Shown: in pieces, positions 20,414 through 30,402 of the stretch | Position numbering within the stretch: position 1 is the first letter of the stretch | How the letters are laid out: every line of letters begins with the position of its first letter | NCBI GenBank assembly: GCA_965248755.1 | Contig: OZ252149.1 | Span: 3,200,001-3,264,000, forward strand | DNA: 64,000 nucleotides | Reading direction: 5' to 3' | Source: Candidatus Latescibacterota bacterium | GTDB lineage: Bacteria > Latescibacterota > CBDEFO01 | The notes under the pieces: model-generated | Told to the model about the DNA's origin: nothing | Seen by the model: only the letters and a program-made list of their open reading frames with translations | The model's database searches: none | Program-made: the position numbers and the translations under genes

Positions 20414-20989
20414 ATGAACATGTCGGCAAAATGGAAGGTCCGAATAGGGGTAAAGATAGGAAAGCTGAAACTGCGGACCTGGAAGAGGAAGCAGGTGTGC
20501 GTAAACAGAGCTGTGGGATCGGCAAGGATAATCATGATTTGCCTTCCCTTTGGAATAGAAGAAGCTCGGAGGGCATATAGGGTCGCCAGGGACCTTTCCG
20601 ACAGCTTATCTTTCTCAAGCATGGTAATTCTGGGGAGGCGAAGCGAAGTGGAGTTTCTGCCAGAGGATGCATCTCTGGAGAGATCTGTCCTCTATTTAGA
20701 GGATGATCTCGGTTTCTTCCTCCTTCCCAGGGGAGACCTCAGACAGAAGGTGCGACAGGAGAATGTAGACATCTCCCTCGATTTTCACAGGGATTTCTGT
20801 CTCACCACGGCGTATCTTTGTGCTGCCAGCAGGGCTGATGTGAAGGTGGGATTCAAGAGCCAGAGCAGCAGCGCCTTTTTCAATGTGGAGTATGTTCCCA
20901 AGGATAACGGCAAAGGGACAGAGGAGATTTACAGGGACCTGGCCGAGGTGATCTATCTTATGTGTGCCGGCAAACGGAACGCTAAGTAA
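20414..20989 (+). CDS. hypothetical protein
   Basis: 191-aa ORF in an operon with pheA; DISLDF..SRADVKVGF resembles a GT9-like segment. Confidence 0.6.
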   Translation: MNMSAKWKVRIGVKIGKLKLRTWKRKQVCVNRAVGSARIIMICLPFGIEEARRAYRVARDLSDSLSFSSMVILGRRSEVEFLPEDASLERSVLYLEDDLGFFLLPRGDLRQKVRQENVDISLDFHRDFCLTTAYLCAASRADVKVGFKSQSSSAFFNVEYVPKDNGKGTEEIYRDLAEVIYLMCAGKRNAK

Positions 20990-21205
20990 CCAGACAGTAA
21001 ACAGGGCAAGCCTGTGCATGCCTTGAGGTTGCTTCCCTCCGATCCCCTCCGAGATAGACTCAATCGGGAGCGCTCGCAATGACACTGGGGGTGTTTTGCA
21101 ATGACGTTGTCTGCCCGGACCCTGTCATCACAGGGTCACTCGTCCCGATTCAACCTGTCATAGATCTACTCTGCCCTGTCTACTATTTTGGCACGATACT
21201 AAGAT

Positions 21206-22243
21206 ATGAAAATATTGGTCATCAGAACAAGCTCATTAGGGGACGTAGTGTTAGCTTCAGCGGTGATAGAGGCTTTGAAGGAAAGCTACCCTTCCTCTGA
21301 ACTGTTTATGCTGTTGAAAGAAGAGTACCAGGGGCTCTTTGAAGGGGATCCCAGGTTATCAGGGATCATAACTCCAGATCCTGCCAGGGGTATAAGGGGA
21401 TTATGTTCTCTTGTGTCCGATATGAACGATATGGGTTTAGATGTGATAGTGGACCTGCAGGGGAATATGAGAAGCTTTCTAATAAGGCGTCTAACCAGGG
21501 CTGACATTAAGTTGAGATACAAAAAACGGCGGCTTCAAAGAATGATTATGGTGTACGCAAAGTGGATTCCTGTGAGTCATAAATCTATGTTGGAGATGTA
21601 CTTAGAGACATTGAGAAAATTAGGGTTAATGAAGCACGGATGGGTTCCCCGGTTGTTCGTGGATAAAGGATCCCAAGAACTGGTCAGTTCCTTGCTATCC
21701 AATGACGGTGTAGATTCAGATGACACAGTAGTAGGGATAAGTCCTGGGTCAAGATGGGAGACGAAGAGGTGGACGTCCGATGGGTTTGCGTATGTGGCGG
21801 ATCGGCTCCTTGAGCATGATAGGATAAAGGTAGCGATGTTGGGGAACCAAAACGATACGGACTTTGTGAATGAAATATTGTCAAAGATGGATAGAAAACC
21901 GGCAGTGTGTGCGGGGAAAGTAGATATGAGGGGTTTGGCGGCTCTGATAGAAAGGTGCAGTGTTTTGTTGACCAACGACAGCGGGCCTATGCACATAGCT
22001 TCGGCATTGGGGGTTCCCGTCGTGGCAATCTTTGGGCCGACCCATCCCAGGTTGGGATTTGCCCCGGTAGGAGAGAAGGATATAACCGTAAGTCTGGACG
22101 TTCCGTGCAGTCCGTGCAGTCTCCACGGGGAGAAGAAATGCAGAATGGAAAGGCGCTTCTGTATGGAGGACATATCCAAGGAGAGGGTTTTAGAGAAGAT
22201 AGAAAGCGTCGTGTCAAAGTTCAGCCGGGTTGAAGGTTTATGA
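21206..22243 (+). CDS. GT9 lipopolysaccharide heptosyltransferase (WaaF-like)
   Basis: SSLGDVV, TKRW, NDSGPMHIA and FGPT motifs. Confidence 0.9.
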   Translation: MKILVIRTSSLGDVVLASAVIEALKESYPSSELFMLLKEEYQGLFEGDPRLSGIITPDPARGIRGLCSLVSDMNDMGLDVIVDLQGNMRSFLIRRLTRADIKLRYKKRRLQRMIMVYAKWIPVSHKSMLEMYLETLRKLGLMKHGWVPRLFVDKGSQELVSSLLSNDGVDSDDTVVGISPGSRWETKRWTSDGFAYVADRLLEHDRIKVAMLGNQNDTDFVNEILSKMDRKPAVCAGKVDMRGLAALIERCSVLLTNDSGPMHIASALGVPVVAIFGPTHPRLGFAPVGEKDITVSLDVPCSPCSLHGEKKCRMERRFCMEDISKERVLEKIESVVSKFSRVEGL

Positions 22244-23388
22244 GGATAGGGATAGATTTTATATCTGCGTTAGGACGCGGGGGCAATGGGGTCTATACGA
22301 GCCAGTTGGTCCAGGGGCTCTCCCACCTGGATTCGGATAATACCTACTATCTCTACACGCGAGTTAGGAAGAAATATAGACAGATAAGACCGGTAATGAG
22401 AGGAAATTTTATTTATAAAGCCATTTATCTTCATCATCTTACTTTTGGAGATCTGTTAGAAGGATTTTGCAAAGGGCTAAACGACAGGATATTGTCTCTG
22501 TCCTTAAAATCGGACCCTGTGGAGATCTTTCACTGTACCAATCCCGTTAATTTTCCGAAGATTCCTCTTGAAAATGCGGTTGTAACAATTCACGATCTCG
22601 CCTATCTAAGGAGGAATAAGTGGGTCAGCGATGGGTCCATCAGGTTTTATGAGGAAAATATCGAACGCATACTGCGAAGTTCCATGGCCATCATAGCGGA
22701 TTCCCAGAGCACGAAAGATGACATTTTAGATAATTTCAGTGTATCTGAAGAGAAGGTCAAGGTTGTTCCACTGGCAGCAAGCGAGGTCTTCCGACCCCTT
22801 GAGCCGGACAGATCCCTGATCCATAACAAGGGCCTCTTTAAGGATTATGTCCTGTACGTAGGGGATCTTCAGCCAAGGAAAAATTTAAGGCATCTTTTGG
22901 AGGCATACGCTATGCTCCCATTGAGATTAAAAGATAACTTTGACATAACTTTTGTGGGGAATCCAAGAAATGAGGAGTCTTTAAACGAGCTGAAAAGTTC
23001 TGTCGATGACCTCGGGATAGAAAAGAACGTAAAGCTGTTAGGCTACGTGGACCTCCAATCCTTGGTTAATATATACAACGGAGCATCCCTTTTTGTATAT
23101 CCGTCGCTTCTTGAAGGGTTTGGCATACCTGTCCTGGAGGCTCTAAGCTGTGGGCTGCCTACGATTACTTCGAACGTATCTTCGATGCCTGAAGTGGTGG
23201 GGGACGCCGCTATCCTGATCGATCCGTATAGTGTGGAGGAGATCGCACAAGCTATGGAAAGTCTTTTGTATAATGAGAGTCTCAAAGAGGAGTACACAAA
23301 GAGGGCTTTAAAGAGGGCAAAACTATTCAGTTGGGAGAAGACGGCTCGGGAGACATTGAACGTGTATCGGGAGTCTTCAAAGGTCTGA
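22240..23388 (+). CDS. GT4 glycosyltransferase
   Basis: TIHDL, PRKN and EGFGIPVLEA motifs. Confidence 0.92.
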   Translation: MRIGIDFISALGRGGNGVYTSQLVQGLSHLDSDNTYYLYTRVRKKYRQIRPVMRGNFIYKAIYLHHLTFGDLLEGFCKGLNDRILSLSLKSDPVEIFHCTNPVNFPKIPLENAVVTIHDLAYLRRNKWVSDGSIRFYEENIERILRSSMAIIADSQSTKDDILDNFSVSEEKVKVVPLAASEVFRPLEPDRSLIHNKGLFKDYVLYVGDLQPRKNLRHLLEAYAMLPLRLKDNFDITFVGNPRNEESLNELKSSVDDLGIEKNVKLLGYVDLQSLVNIYNGASLFVYPSLLEGFGIPVLEALSCGLPTITSNVSSMPEVVGDAAILIDPYSVEEIAQAMESLLYNESLKEEYTKRALKRAKLFSWEKTARETLNVYRESSKV

Positions 23389-23556
23389 CAGGTCGAAGGC
23401 CTTTTTATGAGAATAGAGCAGCATTATTTAATAAACATGTTGGGTAATCAGTGATTTAGTTAAAGAACTTATTACGCAACGCGTCTATTCAGCAATAGTT
23501 CACAACTTGGGTTAACTTATCCAATTTCGTGTCCAGTACAATGGGTACATCTCAGA

Positions 23557-24295
23557 ATGCAGTGTTTGATTTGTAATAGCTCAACTAATCGGATATTCTA
23601 TGCAAAGGTTTTAAACAAGTATCGAATTCAATACTTCTACTGCAGCAATTGTGGTTTTCTTCACGCAGAAACACCGTACTGGTTGGATGAAGCTTACAAA
23701 AGCCCCATTGCTGATGCAGATACAGGTTTGGTTTCCAGAAACATAGCCATTTCAAAAAAGTTAGCCTGTATACTTTATTTTATCTTTGATAAAAAGGGTA
23801 AGTATTTGGACGTTGGTGGCGGCTATGGAATGTTGGCAAGACTCATGAGAGATATCGGTTTTGATTTCTACTGGTCGGATATTTATTACGAGAATCTTCT
23901 TGCAAAAGGGTTTGAGTCAGATACGACTTCACCACCATTTACCGCAATAACCTGTTTTGAAGTGTTGGAACATGTTATCAATCCCATTGAATTCATTAAT
24001 GCTTCATCAAAAGAAGCTGGAACATCAACAATTATTTTTTCAACTGAACTATTTGAAGGGAGTCCACCAAGACCAGAAGATTTGGTGGTACTATAGTTTC
24101 AATAGTGGGCAACATATCTCGTTTGTTCAGCGCAGAACCCTTGAATTTCTGGGAAGGAGGTTGTCCCTTGCTTTTCATTCGAACGGTCGTAGTTTTCACA
24201 TGATAACTGATCGTAGTATTAAACCTGAAATCTTCAGACTTTTGGCGAGTCGTTTTTCATCCTGGATATTTAAATATGTTCGAAAGAATATGTAA
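23557..24295 (+). pseudogene. class I SAM methyltransferase, frameshifted near 24080
   Basis: N-terminal CxxC pairs, LDVGGGYG and FEVLEH motifs; the WWYY..GQHISF continuation is in another frame. Confidence 0.75.
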
Positions 24296-24705
24296 TCTAT
24301 GACAACTTCTGATAATAGACCTATTGCGTAATAGTAGAGGGAGTTTTTATAAGCCAAAAGAACTTAAAGGCTTAAAGTGAAATATGAGACTAATTTCAAA
24401 ATCCCTCCCACGTTCTTGTTCTATAATGACTTTTCAAAACCATTTGTTATTGTGCGATAGATGTAGATTAACATGGACCTTTCTTCCTTTGAGTTTCACT
24501 TACCAGTCTGTTTTTCTTCTGAAGAAAAGATAAATGTCAAATAATCTCGGCTTGATTATGAGGTGGACCCATCTTTCTGGACACGGAATTGAACAAATTA
24601 GGCAGGCTTTTCGTAACTTTGTGCTTCATAGGGATAATTAGAGTCTTAACGAGAAGTACCCAAAGATATTGTCGGACATCTTCAGATGTTAAAGAGAAGG
24701 CTTTC

Positions 24706-25584
24706 ATGAAAATAGCACAGTGTATATACAACCGCTTGCCTGTAAAGAAGTACGGCGGGGCCCAAAGGGTGGTAACCTGGTTGAGCAACGCCCTTGCCGA
24801 TATGGTATGTAAGATATATCTTTTGGCTCCAAAGGGCGAGGTAATTCACATCAAGCAGGGACACAAAATAGAGGATCTGTTGCCGTTGGACGTGGACGTG
24901 GTTCACCTCCATTTCAACGTGGAGGAGGAGTTCACGAAGCCGGTCGTAGTAACGATGCACGGAGTTACATCACCCGAATTTAAACATCACAAAAACACGA
25001 TTTTCTTGAGCAGATCTCACGCTCAGAGATACAGCAGCGGACATTTTGTCTACAACGGCATAGACCCGAACGAATACATCTTCAGCGATAAGAAGGACGA
25101 TTATTTCCTATTCCTGTCCAAGGTCTCCAGGAGCAGCAAGGGCGTAGATACAGCTATTGAGTTAGCCAGAAAGATGAAGTTCAAGTTTATAATAGCAGGG
25201 GGCAGGAAGTTCTGCTTGGACAGAAACATAAGCTCCCTCGGAGAGGTGGAAGGAGAGCAGAAGGCCCAGCTCCTTGCCAAAGCAAGAGCGCTGATCTTTC
25301 CGATCAGATGGGGTGAGCCCTTCGGCCTTGTGACCACAGAGGCTCTGCTAAGTGGCACACCTGTAATTACCACCAGGATGGGCGCTATGCCGGAGATAGT
25401 AACTCAGGACGTGGGCTTTATGTGCGACAGCTTCGAGGAGATGAAAAGCGCGATTCAGAACGTGGATAGCATCGATCCGCATAAGTGCAGAGAGAGAGTG
25501 TTGGAGCACTTCACGTCAGACATAATTTCGAAAAAGTACCTGGATTACTATCACAGGGTTGTAGAGACAGGTTCAATAGACTAA
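24706..25584 (+). CDS. GT4 glycosyltransferase
   Basis: YGGAQRV, VYNGID and EPFGLVTTEA motifs. Confidence 0.88.
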   Translation: MKIAQCIYNRLPVKKYGGAQRVVTWLSNALADMVCKIYLLAPKGEVIHIKQGHKIEDLLPLDVDVVHLHFNVEEEFTKPVVVTMHGVTSPEFKHHKNTIFLSRSHAQRYSSGHFVYNGIDPNEYIFSDKKDDYFLFLSKVSRSSKGVDTAIELARKMKFKFIIAGGRKFCLDRNISSLGEVEGEQKAQLLAKARALIFPIRWGEPFGLVTTEALLSGTPVITTRMGAMPEIVTQDVGFMCDSFEEMKSAIQNVDSIDPHKCRERVLEHFTSDIISKKYLDYYHRVVETGSID

Positions 25585-25595
25585 AGGGTGGGAAT

Positions 25596-26186
25596 ATGGA
25601 TTGGTTAGACATCCAGATATTCTATCTTCTTAATGTTGCGCTTCAGAACCCCCTGTTTGATGTGTTAATGCCTTTACTAACGAAGCGGGAGAATTGGTTT
25701 ATCCCATTGGGGGCCGTCTGGTTGTTGTTGATATTCAAGGGAGGGACAAAGGGAAGGGAGGTAGCGATATTGGCGGTAGTCATAATTACAATCTCAGATC
25801 AACTCACCAGCAGCCTCATAAAGCCTTTGGTCGGGAGGATTAGGCCCTGCAACGTTTTGGGAAGCGTTCATTTTTGGATCTCGTCCGAAGGTTGGATATA
25901 TACACCCCCTGTCGTCTCTCAGATACTGAAGGGTTCGTTCTCGTTTCCGTCGGGGCATGCGGCAAATATATTCGCCGGTGCGCTGCTATTTTCTTACTAC
26001 TACCGCCGCGTGACTGTTCCGTCCCTTATCATAGCTTCCTCTGTCGCATACTCAAGAGTCTATGTCGGTGTGCACTATCCCTCAGATATTTTAGGAGGCG
26101 CCATAATAGGTTCGCTATGTTCATACACCGTTATATGGATGTGGTGTAGAATTAAGGCTAGAATTGGGCGGGATAGCATCGAGTAA
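25596..26186 (+). CDS. PAP2 family phosphatase
   Basis: KPLVGRIRP, SFPSGH and SRVYVGVHYPSD motifs. Confidence 0.92.
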   Translation: MDWLDIQIFYLLNVALQNPLFDVLMPLLTKRENWFIPLGAVWLLLIFKGGTKGREVAILAVVIITISDQLTSSLIKPLVGRIRPCNVLGSVHFWISSEGWIYTPPVVSQILKGSFSFPSGHAANIFAGALLFSYYYRRVTVPSLIIASSVAYSRVYVGVHYPSDILGGAIIGSLCSYTVIWMWCRIKARIGRDSIE

Positions 26187-26239
26187 CGCTATTGTGAACT
26201 TCGTGTTCCTGAATTAGCACACAGAGAGGATGATTCAAA

Positions 26240-28555
26240 GTGAATAGATTACGGAAAGGCTCCTTCAGTTTAGTTCGGAGCAGAAGGGAAGCCTCTGTCC
26301 CCGATCCAGTCAATCGGGGACCTGTCTGCTGTCTACTGTCCACTGTCTGCTGCTATTTAGCCGTCGCTGCCTTGAGCGTAATGATAAGCTGCAGCTCAGG
26401 TGACGGCACAAATGTAAGAGAGAATTCCAGGCAGTCAGAAGGTGCTCAGCACGTAAACCGCCTGGCTGGATCTTCCAGCGCCTATTTAAAGAGCGCAGCG
26501 CATCAGCCGGTCAACTGGTATCCATGGGACCAAGAGGCCTTCCAGGCAGCAAAGGAACTGGACCGACCCATTCTTCTGGACATAGGAGCCGTCTGGTGTC
26601 ACTGGTGCCACGTGATGGACAGGGAGACCTACGAAAATGAGGAGATTGCAGAGATCATAAATGAGTATTTTATACCCGTCAAGGTGGACATGGACGAAAG
26701 GCCCGACGTGGACAGGAGATATCAGGGGGCAGTAAGAGCGATAACGGGAGGAGGAGGATGGCCCCTTACGGCGTTTTTGACTCCTGAGGGAAAGCTCTTC
26801 TTCGGCGGAACGTATTTTCCCCCTTCAGACAGATTGGGAAGGCCAGGTATGAGGAGCCTTCTGCCGAATATCGCACAGATGTACAAAGATGATAGAGATC
26901 AAGTCCTGCAGGGGGCGGACAGAATATATAGACATTTAGAGACTCTCGGAGATTTGCAGATTAAGACGGGGGAACTGTCGGAAAGCTTGGTGGATTCCCT
27001 GGCCTTTGCTGTGAATCAGGCGTTTGATGACACGTACGGGGGATTCGGACAAGGGAATGGTCCCAAATTCCCCAACTCAGGGGCAATGGAATTGGCTATG
27101 TTGGAGTATTTTAAGAACCAAGATGATCAGATGCTCCAGATAGCCCTCAAGACCCTCAAGGCGATGGCAAAGGGGGGAATACGGGATCACATAGGCGGGG
27201 GATTTCACAGATATTCGGTAGACCGTAAGTGGAACGTCCCGCACTTTGAGAAAATGTCCTACGTGAACGCCGGACTCCTGAAGAACTACTTGCACGCGTA
27301 TCAGATAAGCGGTGACGAGTACTTCAAACAGATAGCAGAAGGTATTATAGAATATGTTGACAGAGTTCTGTCCGATCGGGAAAATGGCGGCTTTTACGGA
27401 CATCAAGATGCGGACGTGAGTTTGGAGGACGACGGGGATTATTTCACGTGGACTCAAAAGGAAATAGAAAACGCATTGAGCGATAATGAGCCAAAGGCCT
27501 TGATTCTCCACTACGGAGTCAGGGAGATTCCTCACGATCTTGAGAGCGCGCCGGACAGAAACGTTCTGTACGAAGCCTTGCCCCTTGAAGAGGTGGCATC
27601 AAAGTTAGCTGTGTCCCTGGCCGAAGCCGATAGGCTCATAGAAAGCGGCAAAGAGAGGCTCCTTGAAATCAGGAATAAGCGGAAGCCTCCCTTTGTGGAT
27701 AAGAATATTTTCTCAAATTACAACGGTATGATGATTTCAGCCTATCTTGAGGCCTACAGGGTCCTGGGCAGGGACGATATAAGGGATTTTGCGCTGAGGA
27801 GCCTTTCGTTCGTGCTGGAAAAGTCCTACACGCCCCCAAAGGGCGTAAGGCACGTCTATTTAGACGGGAAGGCGAGGGTCGAAGGGCTCCTGGAAGATCA
27901 GGTGTGGATGGCTTGCGCTCTCTTAGACGCCTTTGAAGTGACGGGGGATTTCCAGCATCTGGAGATGGCTATGGACCTTATGGACTATTCTCATCGGGAA
28001 TTCTGGGACGGTGAACATGGAGGCTTTTGGGATTCAAATCCCTCCCAAGAGGCTTTGGGATTGTTGAAGATGAAGCGCAAGGCCTTTGAAGATTCACCAT
28101 ATCCTGCGGCAAACTCCATAGCGGCCATGGTTCTGGACAGGATATACTATCTGACCGATGAGGATAAGTACAGGTCCTGGGCGCAAAAGACGCTTGAGGC
28201 ATTCGCGGGGGCTGCTGCGGTCTATGGGACCTTTGCCTCATCGTATGCCTTAGCTGTGGATTATCATCTGAACCATCCAGCTCAGGCTGTGGTAGTGGGC
28301 AAGAAGGACGACGGTCGTACTTTGGAGCTTATGAGGGCAGGCCACAAGACCTACAGGCCGGGAAAGATAGTGATCAACTACGACCCTTTTGAGGTTAAGG
28401 ACAAGAAGTTCCCTGAGACTGTGGCTCTGATAGTCAAATACGCCGATATAGAGTCGGGTCCGAAGGCTTATATATGCGCTGGAACGGCCTGCGCTCCGCC
28501 TACTGATGAGCCCAAGCGCGTGTCAAAGTTACTCAGGACGTTCGGGATGATTTAA
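26240..28555 (+). CDS. thioredoxin-domain protein, DUF255/YyaL (SSP411) family
   Basis: WCHWCHVM, GGWPLT, GGGFHRYSVD and PHFEKM motifs; possible lipobox MISC; start uncertain. Confidence 0.9.
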   Translation: MNRLRKGSFSLVRSRREASVPDPVNRGPVCCLLSTVCCYLAVAALSVMISCSSGDGTNVRENSRQSEGAQHVNRLAGSSSAYLKSAAHQPVNWYPWDQEAFQAAKELDRPILLDIGAVWCHWCHVMDRETYENEEIAEIINEYFIPVKVDMDERPDVDRRYQGAVRAITGGGGWPLTAFLTPEGKLFFGGTYFPPSDRLGRPGMRSLLPNIAQMYKDDRDQVLQGADRIYRHLETLGDLQIKTGELSESLVDSLAFAVNQAFDDTYGGFGQGNGPKFPNSGAMELAMLEYFKNQDDQMLQIALKTLKAMAKGGIRDHIGGGFHRYSVDRKWNVPHFEKMSYVNAGLLKNYLHAYQISGDEYFKQIAEGIIEYVDRVLSDRENGGFYGHQDADVSLEDDGDYFTWTQKEIENALSDNEPKALILHYGVREIPHDLESAPDRNVLYEALPLEEVASKLAVSLAEADRLIESGKERLLEIRNKRKPPFVDKNIFSNYNGMMISAYLEAYRVLGRDDIRDFALRSLSFVLEKSYTPPKGVRHVYLDGKARVEGLLEDQVWMACALLDAFEVTGDFQHLEMAMDLMDYSHREFWDGEHGGFWDSNPSQEALGLLKMKRKAFEDSPYPAANSIAAMVLDRIYYLTDEDKYRSWAQKTLEAFAGAAAVYGTFASSYALAVDYHLNHPAQAVVVGKKDDGRTLELMRAGHKTYRPGKIVINYDPFEVKDKKFPETVALIVKYADIESGPKAYICAGTACAPPTDEPKRVSKLLRTFGMI

Positions 28556-28704
28556 AGTGGTGTCGAACCGGCGAATCTCTCTTAGTTGTAAAGTGATTCT
28601 TGTCTGTTCCCGCACAGTCTATCCCTGACAACGGCACATTGGTAAGCAAAGATCGTTTCAACTACGGAATTGAGGTTGCTTCCCCCCGAAGTAATCTCAT
28701 AGGT

Positions 28705-28737
28705 AAGGGGATTACAGAAATCAACTGTAATCCCCTT
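28705..28737. terminator. 13-bp-stem hairpin between convergent genes
   Basis: aaggggattacag-N7-ctgtaatcccctt followed by a T-rich tract. Confidence 0.6.
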
Positions 28738-28809
28738 TGTTTATCATTCTTATGTCTATTAAAGGTCTAACGCAGAGTGCTCGTAAGGAGGACAGAGGCA
28801 AGCTCTTCC

Positions 28810-29031
28810 TTATTCACTCTTCCTTTCTTTCCCTTTCAAAAGAGCTATAGGTATAATAACGCAGTATCCGGTTATCAGCACAATAGGAGCCGCTGTCAAC
28901 GACCAAAACCCTTCAGCCGGAGGAATACTCAGTAAGATATATCCAACGATTATTGTTGCAATGCCAATTAAGAGGAAGGTCCAGTTTATAGGAAAGGAAG
29001 ATTCAGTAGTTTTCCGAGATCTTTTATTCAT
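28810..29031 (-). CDS. small 2-TM membrane protein (DUF3098-like)
   Basis: SLTAAPIVLITGY motif; GGAGG RBS. Confidence 0.65.
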   Translation of the reverse strand: MNKRSRKTTESSFPINWTFLLIGIATIIVGYILLSIPPAEGFWSLTAAPIVLITGYCVIIPIALLKGKERKSE

Positions 29032-29175
29032 GTACTGCTACCTCCGCGCTGATTTTATGTATAAGTTAATGCCAACACATCTCTCTGTCAAGGGAATTTC
29101 GAAAAAGATAGGCAACACAGACATCTCCTCAGCAGACTCGACAATAAAGTGTTTTGCAATTCTCCAATGTTTTGC

Positions 29176-29227
29176 TTGACATCTGTACTAATGCATGCTA
29201 TTATTATGTACAGTGATATATGAACAG
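29176..29227 (+). promoter_or_regulatory. sigma70 promoter overlapping a putative operator shared with 43247-43298
   Basis: TTGACA-N17-TATTAT; 32/45 identity with the reverse complement of 43247-43291. Confidence 0.6.
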
Positions 29228-29278
29228 CGTAAATTTGTCTTCATTATTTAACGATATGCATCAGAGAAGGTGTTATAA

Positions 29279-29605
29279 ATGGCTCTTCCGGCCTTGAAAA
29301 GGACAGATCACAGAAGAGATCGCTCTGACCCACGTGATTTCGAGGTTACGTACTCGATTGAGGTCTTAAGCTCCCAATTTTGCGAGGTGGTAGATGCAGT
29401 CAAAGCAAGATTCCATCCATCGACAGAGGAGATTATAAACCGGCGTCATCCTGAGATAATAGATAGAATAGCACAGGCCCAAGAAAGGATAGATAGGGAG
29501 GCGCAGCGCCTTCAGGGTGGAAAAGGAAATATAGATAGGTGGAGGGAGGCTTTGAGGAATTACGAGGACATATGGATCTCAGTGATTGATCTACCCACAT
29601 ACTAA
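29279..29605 (+). CDS. hypothetical helical protein
   Basis: 108-aa ORF with promoter and RBS. Confidence 0.6.
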   Translation: MALPALKRTDHRRDRSDPRDFEVTYSIEVLSSQFCEVVDAVKARFHPSTEEIINRRHPEIIDRIAQAQERIDREAQRLQGGKGNIDRWREALRNYEDIWISVIDLPTY

Positions 29606-29884
29606 AGGAGTCGAGAAAGACGCAAGCCCAAAAAAAATCATCAGGACTCGATGCGCTTCATTGATACTAATCCTCCCTGGACATCGATGAGTGATATAGT
29701 TCCAGTTTCTTCACCCCCGAAACTGAATTCCATCCTTGACTTTACCGGCCTTTTATGTTAGTAGGTGCAAGAATACCGTCAGTTTCTTGATAGGAATAGA
29801 GATTTTCTAAATTTTTTGTGCGGATTTCCTTGTCCAGTTGGGTCTGTACTTATAGAAGAGGTTTTGACAGGGGATTTTTCGTAT

Positions 29885-30402
29885 ATGGAAGATTTGAAAT
29901 CACTCATCATTTGCGCACAAGCGGGCGACCTGGACGCTTTCGGTGCGATCGTACAACGTTTTCAAGACATGGCCGTGGGCTATGCATACTCGATTCTGGG
30001 TGACTTTCATCTGGTTGAGGATGCGGCGTAGGAGGCATTTATCGGAGCCTGGAGTAACTTGCATCAGCTTCGCGAACCTGATGCCTTCCCGGGCTGGTTT
30101 CGCAAGATTATCTTCAAACACTGCGACCGTCTCACACGGGGGATGCGCATTGAGATCGTTCCACTGGAAGCGGAGGTCTTAATGTCTTCAGAGGCGAAAG
30201 ATCCTGCAGAGGCTGTGCTTGAAGGGGAGATGAGGGACGCGGTCTTAGCAGCAATTGGGGCACTGCCAGAAATCCAGCGGATGGTCACAACGCTCTTCTA
30301 TATTAATGCCTATTCACAGAATGAAAATGCCGAATTCATGGAGATCCCCCAACGACAGTCGATCACCGGCTTCGCGCCTCCCGGAAGCGGCTGAAGGAAA
30401 AG
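29885..30402 (+). pseudogene. ECF sigma-70 domain, originally fused to the ankyrin ORF; amber at 30029 and frameshift at about 30346-30351
   Basis: GDLDAF..EDAA*EAF..AFPGWF and RLRASRKRL, the latter in frame with the ORF at 30403. Confidence 0.8.
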
